From Patescibacteria group bacterium (GTDB lineage: Bacteria; Patescibacteriota; Microgenomatia; UBA1400; PJMF01): a DNA stretch of 64,000 nucleotides. Positions 48,077 to 58,618 of this stretch are shown here, in pieces. The position numbers and the translations under genes were made by a program. The DNA lies in NCBI GenBank assembly GCA_016861085.1, contig BOKR01000001.1, positions 387,271 to 451,270 of the forward strand, given 5' to 3'. A model generated the notes under the pieces. That model saw only the letters and a list, made by a program, of their open reading frames with translations, did no database searches and was not told the origin of the DNA. How positions within the stretch are numbered: the first letter of the stretch is position 1; every line of letters starts with the position of its first letter.

Positions 48077-49446
48077 CAATCAGAGGTTTTTTTTCTTCTC
48101 AAAAAGGCAGGAATTTCAAACTCATCTTCAAAAGCACCAAGTAATGATTTCTTCTTTGGTACTTCTTCTGGTTGCTGTTCGTCTTCAGACATCTTAGAGG
48201 TGAATGAATTATTTTCTTGTGTGTCCGGTTCTGGTCGTAGTGGGTTGATCGCTTTAAACCCGCTTCGGACAGTATCTCCAAAAGCCTGTGATTTTACAAA
48301 TGGTTGAGATGCATCAGTTTTGGTAGCGGTCATCTGCTGTGTTGTTAACGGTTGAGTAAAACCAGTTGGAGTTCTATCAAACTTTGGAGTTTGTGGTTCA
48401 GCTGGTTGAGCTGGCTCCTGTTGTAATCGTTGTCTGGAATCTCGGCCATATGCACCGAACAATGGTCTATTGGTTGGCATGGAAACGCCACCATTATCAA
48501 ATCCAGTGGCAATGACACTGATTTTAATTCTGTTGCCCATGTTTTCATCAATGGTTGCCCCAAAAATGATGTTTGCATCTGGGTCAGCAGCGTTTGAAAT
48601 AATGGTAGAGGCATCTGAAACTTCACTCATGGACATATCTGGTCCACCAATGATGTTGTATAAAATTCCCTTTGCTCCATCAATAGAAACTTCTAAAAGT
48701 GGAGAAGCAATTGCCATTCGAGCTGCAGTTACCGCACGATTTTCACCAGAAGCCTCACCAATGCCCATCAGTGCAGAACCAGATTCAGACATAATGGTTT
48801 TAACGTCAGCAAAGTCAACGTTAATCATACCGGGAATGGTAATAAGGTCAGAAATTCCCTGTACACCCTGACCAAGCACATTATCCGCAAGTCTAAATGC
48901 ATCCAAGAAAGTCATTTTTTTGTCTACTACATCCATTAATCTTTGATTTGGAATCACAATTAAGGTATCAACAGCATCTTTTAAGTTAGCGATACCTTCT
49001 TCAGCAGTGAGCATTCTCTTTTTACCTTCAAAGGCAAATGGTTTAGTAACAACAGCTACAGTCAAGGCACCAGCTTCACGGGCAATTTCAGCAATTACTG
49101 GAGAAGCACCGGTTCCGGTACCACCACCCATACCTGCAGTAATGAATACCATATCGGTGTCAAAGAGCAATTCTTTAAGTTTCTCATACGACTCTTCTGC
49201 AGCGGTTCTTCCAACATCGGGATCAGCACCCGAACCCAGCCCTTTTGTGAAATTTGCTCCAATTTGCAATTTTGTATCGGCTTTTGAAGTGAGCAGTGCT
49301 TGCGCGTCGGTATTGACCGCAATAAACTCAACGCCGTTGATTTGTTTGGAATCAATCATTGAGTTAACAGCGTTGCCACCACCGCCACCAGCTCCGATAA
49401 CTTTTATCTTTGCGAACGTTGTATTGTTTGGTTTTACGAGTGCCAT
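48076..49446 (-). CDS. ftsZ: Cell division protein FtsZ
   Basis: [30 protein letters not shown]-terminal EIPAFLR. Confidence 0.98.
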   Translation of the reverse strand: MALVKPNNTTFAKIKVIGAGGGGGNAVNSMIDSKQINGVEFIAVNTDAQALLTSKADTKLQIGANFTKGLGSGADPDVGRTAAEESYEKLKELLFDTDMVFITAGMGGGTGTGASPVIAEIAREAGALTVAVVTKPFAFEGKKRMLTAEEGIANLKDAVDTLIVIPNQRLMDVVDKKMTFLDAFRLADNVLGQGVQGISDLITIPGMINVDFADVKTIMSESGSALMGIGEASGENRAVTAARMAIASPLLEVSIDGAKGILYNIIGGPDMSMSEVSDASTIISNAADPDANIIFGATIDENMGNRIKISVIATGFDNGGVSMPTNRPLFGAYGRDSRQRLQQEPAQPAEPQTPKFDRTPTGFTQPLTTQQMTATKTDASQPFVKSQAFGDTVRSGFKAINPLRPEPDTQENNSFTSKMSEDEQQPEEVPKKKSLLGAFEDEFEIPAFLRRKKTSD

Positions 49447-49503
49447 ATGTTACCTTTTGGAACAAAGTGTATCACTAAATGAATAGAAACAGCAAGGGCA
49501 AAA

Positions 49504-50814
49504 TTACGGCATGAGCGATTTAAAAAGCTCACCAATTTTGCTTGGTAGAGAACCTAAGGAAAAACCCTTAAATATTGATCCAAAACTGAAGTTGCTTATT
49601 GTGCCAGCACCTTTTTGTTTTTTGCCTAAATGTAAAAGACCAATGCTTGTAGCGTACTCAGGTTTGGTAATGTCATTAGTTAAGCCCTGCAGTTCAAGAG
49701 GTTTTCCGACTCGAGCAGAAAGGTTAAGTTCTCGTTTGGCAATTTCTGCAATCTTGGTGGTTTGGGCACCACCCCCGGTTATAACAACGCCAGCCGGGAT
49801 TAATGGAAACAAATTCTCAGCTTTGAGACGTTCACCAACTAGAGAAAAAATTTCTTGCACTCTTGGGAGCATAATTTTTTCAACGATGTCTTTTTTTGAG
49901 AAACTTTCTGAGTTTTCGTTGACACTCTCAAAGTCAGATAACTTCAATTTATCTGCTTTTTCTTTGCGTTTGTTAAAATCTTGTTTTGATTCCCCTGCTA
50001 ATGGCATTATCGGGGCAAAAGCTTCTTTGGACAAGGCAATTTTGATTTTTTCGGCGCTATCTAGACTAACTTTACAACCTAAAGCAATATCTTGTGTGAT
50101 GTGTCGAGCACCAACTGGTAGTGAAGCTGAGTATTCAAGTGAACCGTCAACATAGACACACAATGAGGTAGACCCAGCCCCAATATCAACAACTGCTACC
50201 CCAAGTTCTTTTTCTGTTTCTGATAGCACTACAGAGGCAGATGCCAATCCAGAAAAAATAAAGCCATCTACTTGTAAGCCAAGATCAAGCACACATTTTT
50301 TCATATTTTTTAGAACAGCAGAAAGGCCAGTAATGATATGCGCTTCTGATTCAAGCCTGACGCCCGTCATACCGATTGGATCTTTAATGCCTTCTTGTGA
50401 ATCAACTTTAAAATCTTTGGGAATGACATGAATGATCTCTCTTTCAGAGGAAAGTGAAATGGCTCGAGCTGCTTCAATAACACGCTCTACATCAAGTGCG
50501 TTGATTTCTTTGTTAGGTGAAGCAACAGCAACCACGCCTTTTGAATTTTGAGATGAAACATGTGTACCCGAAATAGACACAAAAGCACTTTTTACCTCAA
50601 CGCCTGCCATTCTTTCAGCACCATCTAAACTTTCAGTGATTGTCTCTAGCACTTGTTCTAAATCAATAATTTGGCTGCGTTTCATACCTCTCGAGTGAAC
50701 GGCAGCTACTCCCATTACTCGAAGGGAATCATTTGGCTCCTCAACCGAGGCTATTAGGGTAACACATTTATCAGTTCCAACATCGATTGCTGTAATAATT
50801 CTATTTCTTGTCAT
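49504..50814 (-). CDS. ftsA: Cell division protein FtsA
   Basis: IDVGT.K, P.GM.G.RLE, DIGAGST, IT.DIA, VITGGG. Confidence 0.96.
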   Translation of the reverse strand: MTRNRIITAIDVGTDKCVTLIASVEEPNDSLRVMGVAAVHSRGMKRSQIIDLEQVLETITESLDGAERMAGVEVKSAFVSISGTHVSSQNSKGVVAVASPNKEINALDVERVIEAARAISLSSEREIIHVIPKDFKVDSQEGIKDPIGMTGVRLESEAHIITGLSAVLKNMKKCVLDLGLQVDGFIFSGLASASVVLSETEKELGVAVVDIGAGSTSLCVYVDGSLEYSASLPVGARHITQDIALGCKVSLDSAEKIKIALSKEAFAPIMPLAGESKQDFNKRKEKADKLKLSDFESVNENSESFSKKDIVEKIMLPRVQEIFSLVGERLKAENLFPLIPAGVVITGGGAQTTKIAEIAKRELNLSARVGKPLELQGLTNDITKPEYATSIGLLHLGKKQKGAGTISNFSFGSIFKGFSLGSLPSKIGELFKSLMP

Positions 50815-50840
50815 AATTTTGTATATATAGAATAGCAAAT

Positions 50841-51527
50841 TTATTGACGTGTGCGAAGTACAGGTAAATCAAATCGCATATCGATTTCTAAAATTGGTTC
50901 CTCGATTTCGTCTATTTCTCTTGCAGTTATAATTGTATCAACTTTTTTGATTTGCGTCTGTATGCTTTGTTTGTCAAAGATAAAGAGAGGTTGACCTTCA
51001 AGTTCTAAGAGTATTTCTGTGTCTGAATTCCAGATTAGTCTGTGATGTTCAACTACAGATTTTGAAAGAGTCTCTGCAACAGGAAGAAATATCTTGTGGT
51101 ATTCAGTTATCACTGCGTTATCTGCTAAAACCACCGCATCATGTTTCCACTCAATTATTACGATTTTTGTTTCATTTGACTGTGCTGGCAAAGTAATTCC
51201 TGTGTCTCCCACTTCTTTTTTTTCTCCTGCAACAAGCAGCGCATATTTGACTTGTTCTTGTTTAAAGGTAAGTTGTATTGTTCCAGGAAACTTTTTTGAA
51301 ACAGATTCTAGAATATAGACAAGCCCAGTTGGTTGCTGTTTTAAAAGTTCCTTCTCAAAATTACTAAAAAAGAACGATTTATTTTTAAGACTGTCTGCTG
51401 TATTTTGTAAGTCTTGAGGGCATGCAGTGGAGTCAACACTACACTCAACCGCTGAGATTGGGGTAAAAGCTAAGAATAAGATTGTAGTTGTGAGTGCTAA
51501 TGGTACAACAACTGAATGTAATTTCAT
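50841..51527 (-). CDS. FtsQ/DivIB-like protein
   Basis: N-terminal TM, KKFPGT, C-terminal IDMRF; between murG and ftsA. Confidence 0.65.
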   Translation of the reverse strand: MKLHSVVVPLALTTTILFLAFTPISAVECSVDSTACPQDLQNTADSLKNKSFFFSNFEKELLKQQPTGLVYILESVSKKFPGTIQLTFKQEQVKYALLVAGEKKEVGDTGITLPAQSNETKIVIIEWKHDAVVLADNAVITEYHKIFLPVAETLSKSVVEHHRLIWNSDTEILLELEGQPLFIFDKQSIQTQIKKVDTIITAREIDEIEEPILEIDMRFDLPVLRTRQ

Positions 51528-52648
51528 TTTTCTTGAATGAGCGATTCTGCCAATTCGTATAGTTTCTTTTCTGAGTGTTTAATTTTAGAAAACAGTTGTA
51601 AATTTCTTGAAAATTTTCGATGATATTTTTGAATTAAGTCAGTTGCTTCTAAAAGTACTTCAGGAGTTAAGTTTTTCTGTTCAAGCAGAATGGCTTGTTT
51701 ATTGTTGCTGAGTGCTTGCGCATTTTTTAGTTGTTCATCATTGTGTGAAAACGGCAAAGGTATTAATACTGCTGGTATCTTATTGAGTGCTATTTCCTCT
51801 GTAGTGTTTGCTCCAGATCTTGAAATCACACCTTCAGCATTTGAGTAAATCCAAGCAAGCTCATCTTTTGTTATCCATTCGCGGATATAATAATTCTCCT
51901 GGTTTGCTTGAGAAAGTTGATTTTTGGCAGCTGTAAGTTCTTTGAGATAACTCGTGGTTCCTGATGGTTTTCCACACTGATGAATCACAACCCAGTTTTT
52001 GAGTAGTGGTTTGAGTATCTGGGAAACAGTTCTATTGATAATTTCTGACCCTTGGCTGCCCCCTGTGATGTATAACAACGGTTTTGTTGGCTTTTTTTGC
52101 ATCCACTCTGGTAACACCTTACTTGTCTGGAGTACAGCCTGTCTGATTAGGTTGCCTGTTAGTACAGTTCTTGATTTTGGGAAATACGTTTCACTTTCTT
52201 TGTAAGAAATAGCTATCTTGTTAGCAAACTTAGAAATAATGGTATTAGCTATGCCAGCTGTTCTTGTTTGTTCATGCGTAACGACCGGCACTCTCATAAT
52301 CCAACAAGCAATTGCTACAGGGATTGCTAGATACCCACCAAAACTTACAAAAATGTCAGGTTTTTCTTTTGCAATGAGAGTTGTTGTTTTTACTGCCTTT
52401 AATAACAACGAAGGAATACTAATAATCTTAGCTAGTAATGTGTTTTGGGTTAGTTTTACTGAAGTGAAAGGTATAAACCGAACACCGAGTTTTTCAATCT
52501 CTGTTTTTTCTTGCGAGATCTGTTGCTTATTTTTTTTGCTGTACAATCTACCAATAAAAATAATTTCATCTGAAGGATGTTCTTTTTGAATGTATTCGAT
52601 GAATGCAAGAGCTGGTGTGAGGTGACCTCCAGAAATCAGTAATTTCAT
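51524..52648 (-). CDS. murG: MurG GlcNAc transferase
   Basis: GGH.TPA, FGGY, HEQ, TGN, GGSQGS, SRSGA, EQ.KNA. Confidence 0.95.
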   Translation of the reverse strand: MKLLISGGHLTPALAFIEYIQKEHPSDEIIFIGRLYSKKNKQQISQEKTEIEKLGVRFIPFTSVKLTQNTLLAKIISIPSLLLKAVKTTTLIAKEKPDIFVSFGGYLAIPVAIACWIMRVPVVTHEQTRTAGIANTIISKFANKIAISYKESETYFPKSRTVLTGNLIRQAVLQTSKVLPEWMQKKPTKPLLYITGGSQGSEIINRTVSQILKPLLKNWVVIHQCGKPSGTTSYLKELTAAKNQLSQANQENYYIREWITKDELAWIYSNAEGVISRSGANTTEEIALNKIPAVLIPLPFSHNDEQLKNAQALSNNKQAILLEQKNLTPEVLLEATDLIQKYHRKFSRNLQLFSKIKHSEKKLYELAESLIQEK

Positions 52649-53706
52649 GCTTTTTTTCCTATTCGTATCAGTATGCCTGTAGCAAATAGTACCATAACTA
52701 ATGAAGATCTTCCGTACGAGATGAATGGTAGTGGCACACCTGTAAGAGGGACTAACCCCACAACTGCGCTTAAATTTAAGATGATTTGTAGTCCAATCCA
52801 CAAAATTATACCAATTCCCAGTAGCTGTATTGTTGTAGGTTGTTCAGAGTCTGATACTAACTTGAATGCCGCAAATAAAAACACTGAATACAACGCAAAT
52901 ATGAGAAGTGAACCAATAAAGCCAATTTCCTCAGCTATGATAGCAAAGATTGAGTCAGTACTTGCTTCAGGAATGTATGAAAATTTTTGTTGAGATTCAC
53001 CGATTCCTTGACCAGTAAGTCCTCCTCTTCCTAGTGCTAAAGTAATTTGCCTGATATGAAAACTGGCTCCCAATGGATCTGATTCTGGATTAAGAAATGT
53101 GGTGACTCTATTGAGTCTGTATGGAGAGGAAACTATGGCAATAACTAATAGTGGTAGTCCGATAGCTGCTAGGATGAGCAGATTTTTTATTTTTCCTCCA
53201 GCAACAAAGTATAAAGCACAGGCTATGGCAGTTACTACAAGTAATGATCCCAGATCTGGTTGCAAAATAACGAGTACAGCCGGGATCGCTGTTAAAAATA
53301 AAAAAGGTCCAAAACGCTGGTGTTTACTCAACCAATGTGCGTAGAAAGCAATCATGGCAAACTTAAAAAACTCAATTGATTGAAATCCAATTCCAGCTAT
53401 TGAAATCCATCTTCTAGCTCCATTTAATGAAAGTCCAATGCCCGGGATAAAAACCAATATAAGTAATAGTATGCCGATACAGTACAAAATAGGTGATACT
53501 TTTACCCAAATTTTTGGTGACATAAACAGGCCAATGAAAAAAGCAACTACTGCAAAGGCAAGCCCTATTATGTGTTGGATTAAGTAATGGTATTGATTGC
53601 CAAAGGTTACAAAGCTTTCTGCAGTAGAAGATTCAAAAACAAATACAACTCCAATTATGGTTAGCAAAACAGCTGTCAAAAAAACAACAAATCGATGATT
53701 CTTCAT
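52645..53706 (-). CDS. ftsW: Cell division SEDS protein FtsW
   Basis: NGARRWI, QPDLG, PEASTDSIF, P.TGVPLPFISYG; in dcw cluster. Confidence 0.92.
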   Translation of the reverse strand: MKNHRFVVFLTAVLLTIIGVVFVFESSTAESFVTFGNQYHYLIQHIIGLAFAVVAFFIGLFMSPKIWVKVSPILYCIGILLLILVFIPGIGLSLNGARRWISIAGIGFQSIEFFKFAMIAFYAHWLSKHQRFGPFLFLTAIPAVLVILQPDLGSLLVVTAIACALYFVAGGKIKNLLILAAIGLPLLVIAIVSSPYRLNRVTTFLNPESDPLGASFHIRQITLALGRGGLTGQGIGESQQKFSYIPEASTDSIFAIIAEEIGFIGSLLIFALYSVFLFAAFKLVSDSEQPTTIQLLGIGIILWIGLQIILNLSAVVGLVPLTGVPLPFISYGRSSLVMVLFATGILIRIGKKA

Positions 53707-53709
53707 GCT

Positions 53710-54753
53710 CTATAAAACCGCAAGCCAAACACCAAAAAGTGTTAGCATTATTTGTACAAGCCAGGCCCTTTGTACAATTTTTGGTTCCTCCCACCCATAT
53801 CTTTGTAATGAAAGATGAAATGGAGCAGCAGGGAATAGTTTCTTTTTGAAAAATTTCTTTGAAATCAGTTGCACTAAAGAGGTAAAGATCTCAAATACAA
53901 AGATGAATCCAATCACTACAAGGGCAATAGTTTTCCCCAAAAGTAGTCCAATGACTGCTAGAGTAGCTCCAAATGCAAGTGATCCTACATCTCCCATAAA
54001 TAAACGAGCTGGAAAGACGTTGAAGTATAAAAATGAGATCAAAGAACCGATAAGCAGTGCTAAGAAGATTGCCAATGGAACATCAAGTATTTTTGAAGAT
54101 AAAAACCATAATCCAAATAGAGAAATCATCAGAGTTCCTGATGCAAGCCCGTCAAGTCCGTCAGTGATATTAACAGCATTGGCGAATGCGACAATGGTAA
54201 AGGTTGCAAATGGTACATATAAAACTCCAAGCTCAAAAGTGCCAATGAATGGAATATGCAAAATAGAGATACCTAGGTTGTTATAGAGCATCCAACTGAT
54301 GATTGAGCCTAAAAGAATCTCTAAGATTAGTTTATGTTTCATTCTCAAACCAAAAAAACCAGAAGATTTGAATTTAAAAAATTTCTTAATATCGTCGTAT
54401 AATCCCAAAACACCAAAAGATAAAAATGTAAAAAATAGAATATTTATTTCACTTTGGACATCACTGTAATTAGTGGTAACAACAATGCCAAATTTTTGGA
54501 TAAGTGGAATAAGTAAAGCAAATAAAGTTGAGACTATTCCTATCACCAATAAACCACCACCAACTGGAACGCCAGCTTTTTTTTCGTGAAATTTATTGAA
54601 AATTGGAGTAAGAACACCAAATGCATCTCTGGTGTCTTGTTGGGCTCTGAGGAACTTTAATTTATACAGGAGATCAATGAACGGGACAATAGCAATACTT
54701 GTAAGAATAAATGACAAAATAAGAACACTTAATAGTAAAGCAAGTGAGTTCAT
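53710..54753 (-). CDS. mraY: Phospho-MurNAc-pentapeptide transferase
   Basis: P.GGG, DD, NAVNITDGLDGL, FMGDVGS, AP.H. Confidence 0.95.
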   Translation of the reverse strand: MNSLALLLSVLILSFILTSIAIVPFIDLLYKLKFLRAQQDTRDAFGVLTPIFNKFHEKKAGVPVGGGLLVIGIVSTLFALLIPLIQKFGIVVTTNYSDVQSEINILFFTFLSFGVLGLYDDIKKFFKFKSSGFFGLRMKHKLILEILLGSIISWMLYNNLGISILHIPFIGTFELGVLYVPFATFTIVAFANAVNITDGLDGLASGTLMISLFGLWFLSSKILDVPLAIFLALLIGSLISFLYFNVFPARLFMGDVGSLAFGATLAVIGLLLGKTIALVVIGFIFVFEIFTSLVQLISKKFFKKKLFPAAPFHLSLQRYGWEEPKIVQRAWLVQIMLTLFGVWLAVL

Positions 54754-54768
54754 ATAATAGCTATTCTA

Positions 54769-56085
54769 TTACTTTCTGAGTATCTTTGCACCCATAGATT
54801 TGAGTCGTTCATCAAGATCTTCATAGCCACGATCAACGTGTTCAATCCCTTTAACGATTGAAGTTCCTTCAGCGGTCATTGCTGCAAGAATAATTGTTGC
54901 TCCGTGCCTCAGGTCTTTGACTGTAAATTCACCAGCTCTGAGTTTTGTTGATCCAGTGATTTTAATTGCATGCATATTACTTGGCTCGTCATCTTTAAGA
55001 TCAAAGTTATACACTTCCTCAGGGTGATCAATTTTTGGGTTAAATTTTTCAATATTTGCTCCCATTTTATTGAGTTCGTCAACGTATTGAAACCGATTTG
55101 GCATAATCGTTTCGTGCAGAATACTTGTACCTTCACACTGTGTCAGTACTGTAGCTATCAGAGGTTGCCAGTCAGTCATAAATCCAGGTTCGATCTCGGT
55201 TGTGATGTCGCAAGCTCGTAACGGCCCTTTGTAAAAAAATCTGATGCCATAATTACCAACTTCAAATCCTGCCCCAATTTCTTCTAATTTTTTTAGGAAT
55301 GCATTCATATGTTCATGTCTAGCATTTTCTATGATAACGTCACCCTTTGTGGCGATGGCTGCACATGCATAACTAACCGCCTCGTTTCTATCGGGAATGA
55401 TTTTATGAATTGCGCCATGCAATGTTTCTACACCTTCGATTTCAATAACACGATATGCTCTTCTTCTGATCCTGGCTCCCATTTCATTGAGGTACTCAAT
55501 GAGGTCATCAATCTCTGGTTCCAGCGCAGCATTTTCAAGGATAGTGATACCTTTAGCCTTGACTGCAGCCATGATCAAAGTTTCTGTTCCGGTATGTGAA
55601 TTTTTACTAAATCGATATGTTGTTCCAGTGAGCTGTTTAGCTTTTGCCACGTACATTCCATTTTCGAAGGTTACCTTGGCTCCTAGAGCTTTGAGGCCAT
55701 CAAAGTGCCTGTCTAACGGGCGCTTACCAATTTTATCTCCACCTGGAGCTGGGACTCTGGCTTCTCCAAATCTTGCTAAAAGTGGGGGAATAAACATAGT
55801 CGAAAATCTGCCCTGTTCTCCATGGGCAGGGTCTATTTCAAAACTGTTCAGGCCTGTTGGATCTATAAAGATTGCGCGTTCACCTGCTCTTTTTGTTTTT
55901 CCGCCCAAATAGTCGATAATTTTTGCAACCAACTCAACATCGCTTATTCTTGAAAAATTAAGCAATCGTGATTCCGAATCAGCCAGTAAAGAAGCAATCA
56001 TTAACTTATATGAAGCATTTTTTGCTCCACCAATTCTGACTGAACCATGTAGTGGTATTCCACCGGTGACATGAAATTCTGGCAT
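54769..56085 (-). CDS. murA: UDP-GlcNAc enolpyruvyl transferase (Asp variant)
   Basis: GAKNA, PGGDKIGKRP, NAALEPE, PGF.TD.Q, DLR.G, RGYE. Confidence 0.95.
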   Translation of the reverse strand: MPEFHVTGGIPLHGSVRIGGAKNASYKLMIASLLADSESRLLNFSRISDVELVAKIIDYLGGKTKRAGERAIFIDPTGLNSFEIDPAHGEQGRFSTMFIPPLLARFGEARVPAPGGDKIGKRPLDRHFDGLKALGAKVTFENGMYVAKAKQLTGTTYRFSKNSHTGTETLIMAAVKAKGITILENAALEPEIDDLIEYLNEMGARIRRRAYRVIEIEGVETLHGAIHKIIPDRNEAVSYACAAIATKGDVIIENARHEHMNAFLKKLEEIGAGFEVGNYGIRFFYKGPLRACDITTEIEPGFMTDWQPLIATVLTQCEGTSILHETIMPNRFQYVDELNKMGANIEKFNPKIDHPEEVYNFDLKDDEPSNMHAIKITGSTKLRAGEFTVKDLRHGATIILAAMTAEGTSIVKGIEHVDRGYEDLDERLKSMGAKILRK

Positions 56086-56111
56086 ATGACCTACTTTCTA
56101 AAAGGTTTGTT

Positions 56112-57200
56112 TTACACAATACCTGCTAATTCTGACTTTTTAAATCCTAAAAAAAATATCTCTGGTTTGAGTTTAACACCAGTTTTTCGTTCTGTCTGTG
56201 AGATCACAGTGCGGATAACCTCAAGGTATTCTTTTGCAGTAGCATTACCAACATTTTCAATAAAAGCACCATGTTTTTCTGAAATTTTAGCATCTCCAAT
56301 TTGGAAACCCTTTTTGTTAAGAACATGTTCTACTATGTAGCCAACGCTAGTTGTCGGGTATCCTAATTTATCTTTTACCTCATTACTAATGTTTTGAAAA
56401 ACGCATCCAAGGGATCGTTGTGGTTGAATTGCTTTTCTCACTGCCCATTCTCGGGCTACATATGCAGCCTTTTGGGTATCTCCTTTGTATAATGAAAACA
56501 CAGCTGAGACAATGGTTTCATCAGTTTCGTGGAATCTTGAAACGTCATATCCTGCTTTAAGTTCTGATTTATCTAATACTCGACTCTTGCCTTGCTCATC
56601 AATAACAGCAATTGACTTAATGACTTCTGAAATAAAATGAGTACCACCATGAATATTGTTATAAATCGCACCACCAACAGTGGCAGGAATTCTTGAGTAC
56701 CATTGCAACCCTGTAATTCCCTGTTGAATCAAAATATTGATTGCGTACGGAAGGGAAACCCCAGAGTCAAGCTCAACAAGCACGCGTTCCGCTTCTGATT
56801 CATCATAATCAAGGTCGGAAAATTCATAGGTAAATGTTCCTTTTTGTGAGTCAGATTGCCAACGAGCGGCAATACGTTCTTGTTCTTGTTGGTTGAATGT
56901 ACGAGTGGTATGACCTTCAGAATCAAGAATAGTAATAGTTTGTGACGTATTTCTGACAACCAATCCAGTAATTCCACTATCAGAAATCAGTGTATTTGCA
57001 CCCCAACCAAGCAAAGTGAGTGGTAAGTTATTTTTGCGCATGAATGATACCAGGGCAATAAAATCCTGGCTATTTTTGGTTTCGCAGTATAGTTCAGCAG
57101 GACCCCCAATTTTCACGGTCGTATGTTGCGCCAATGGATATTGTTCTTTGAATTCAAGTTGTGGAAACTGTGATTGTAATTTGGCTAATAATTCAGACAT
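56112..57200 (-). CDS. murB: UDP-MurNAc dehydrogenase
   Basis: HTT.KIGGPA, G.GAN, IPATVGGA..N, S.GCVF.N, H..FI.N, L.PE. Confidence 0.93.
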   Translation of the reverse strand: MSELLAKLQSQFPQLEFKEQYPLAQHTTVKIGGPAELYCETKNSQDFIALVSFMRKNNLPLTLLGWGANTLISDSGITGLVVRNTSQTITILDSEGHTTRTFNQQEQERIAARWQSDSQKGTFTYEFSDLDYDESEAERVLVELDSGVSLPYAINILIQQGITGLQWYSRIPATVGGAIYNNIHGGTHFISEVIKSIAVIDEQGKSRVLDKSELKAGYDVSRFHETDETIVSAVFSLYKGDTQKAAYVAREWAVRKAIQPQRSLGCVFQNISNEVKDKLGYPTTSVGYIVEHVLNKKGFQIGDAKISEKHGAFIENVGNATAKEYLEVIRTVISQTERKTGVKLKPEIFFLGFKKSELAGIV

Positions 57201-57201
57201 A

Positions 57202-58617
57202 CTATTGTATTGTATCGTGTACTTTATAAATGTCGCCAGCGCCGAGCGTCAAGACAATCTCACCAGGCTGAGTATTTTTTTGTAAAAATTGTGAAAGAGT
57301 CTCTATATCATGCAGATTTTCTGTCAGAACATGTGGATACTTTTGTTTTATCCCAGCTACGATAGTATCACTAGAGATTGAAGAATCAAATGACTCTCTG
57401 GCTGAAGCAAAAATATCTAAAAAGTACACTTCCTGTGCCCTACCAAATGCATGAATGAATTCGTGCAGTAACTGTTTGGTTCTGGAATACGTGTGGGGCT
57501 GAAAAACAATAATCTTTTTTTGGTCTTTGTACCAAGCATTTAAAGCAGCAATAACGGATTTTATTTCGTCTGGATGGTGAGCATAATCGTCATAGTATAT
57601 TACACCATTTTTTGTACCCACATGCTCGAATCTTCGCTGTGTTGAAGCAAAAGTCTGTAATGCAGTAATGCTGTCGGCAATTGGAATACCAGCTGATTTA
57701 CAGGCAGCTATGGCTGCCAGTGCATTCTGCACGTTATATTCACCTGGGACCAGTAATGTAAGGGAATACTCATTTGAATCATGAATCACTGTGGCAATTG
57801 TTTTTCCTGGAATTTGTTGTGCAGGAGAAAAAGAATAAGTAAAATCAGCTTGTGAGTCTTTACCGAAAGTAGTAATTTTTTGAGCTGAAGAGGTCGGATT
57901 ATGAACCATATCAGCGTAATTCAGTATGAGTGTCCCTTCTTTATTAATTTGATTGAAGAATTCAAAAAAAACAGATTTAGTGTGCTCAAAGTCTTCATAC
58001 ACATCAGGGTGATCAAACTTAATGTTGGTACACACTGTAATAAATGGATGTAAAAAAGAAAATCTTGGGGTAATAACTTCGCCTCTTTTCGGAGCGCTTG
58101 GGTCAGTGACATATTCGTCTGCTTCAGCAATGAAATATTCAGAATTAACATTCCATTGTGCAGTTTTTTCAAGTCCTGGAATGTTACCTACTCCAACTGC
58201 GAACGATGGATCTTTTCCAGTTTTTTGAAAAATCCAAGAAATCATTGCACTAACGGTAGATTTTCCACCAACTCCACACACTGCAATACCTTTTTTTTGG
58301 TTAAACAGATCAGCTTGTGCCTGTGCATGTGAAAACACTGGAATTTTTTTTGATTCAGCTTGGACAACAATAGGATTAAATTTTCCAGAGTGAGCTGCGG
58401 TATAAATAACACACTCAACATCTGGTGTAAACTCATGCGTAAATCCAATATCAATTTTTATTTGTAACGTATCTAGAATTTTTTTGGTTACAAACTCTTC
58501 TGCAAAGTCACACCCAGAAACTTGTTTGCCGGCATCTATTAACAGCTGTGCCATAGTTGTCATGGCGACACCTTTAATGCCGACTAAGTAAAAAGTATTG
58601 TAATCTAACAAAGCCAT
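57202..58617 (-). CDS. murC: UDP-MurNAc--L-alanine ligase
   Basis: VGIKGVAM, G..GKST, EADEY, DHPD, RRFE, DDYAHHP, FQPH. Confidence 0.93.
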   Translation of the reverse strand: MALLDYNTFYLVGIKGVAMTTMAQLLIDAGKQVSGCDFAEEFVTKKILDTLQIKIDIGFTHEFTPDVECVIYTAAHSGKFNPIVVQAESKKIPVFSHAQAQADLFNQKKGIAVCGVGGKSTVSAMISWIFQKTGKDPSFAVGVGNIPGLEKTAQWNVNSEYFIAEADEYVTDPSAPKRGEVITPRFSFLHPFITVCTNIKFDHPDVYEDFEHTKSVFFEFFNQINKEGTLILNYADMVHNPTSSAQKITTFGKDSQADFTYSFSPAQQIPGKTIATVIHDSNEYSLTLLVPGEYNVQNALAAIAACKSAGIPIADSITALQTFASTQRRFEHVGTKNGVIYYDDYAHHPDEIKSVIAALNAWYKDQKKIIVFQPHTYSRTKQLLHEFIHAFGRAQEVYFLDIFASARESFDSSISSDTIVAGIKQKYPHVLTENLHDIETLSQFLQKNTQPGEIVLTLGAGDIYKVHDTIQ

Positions 58618-58618
58618 A

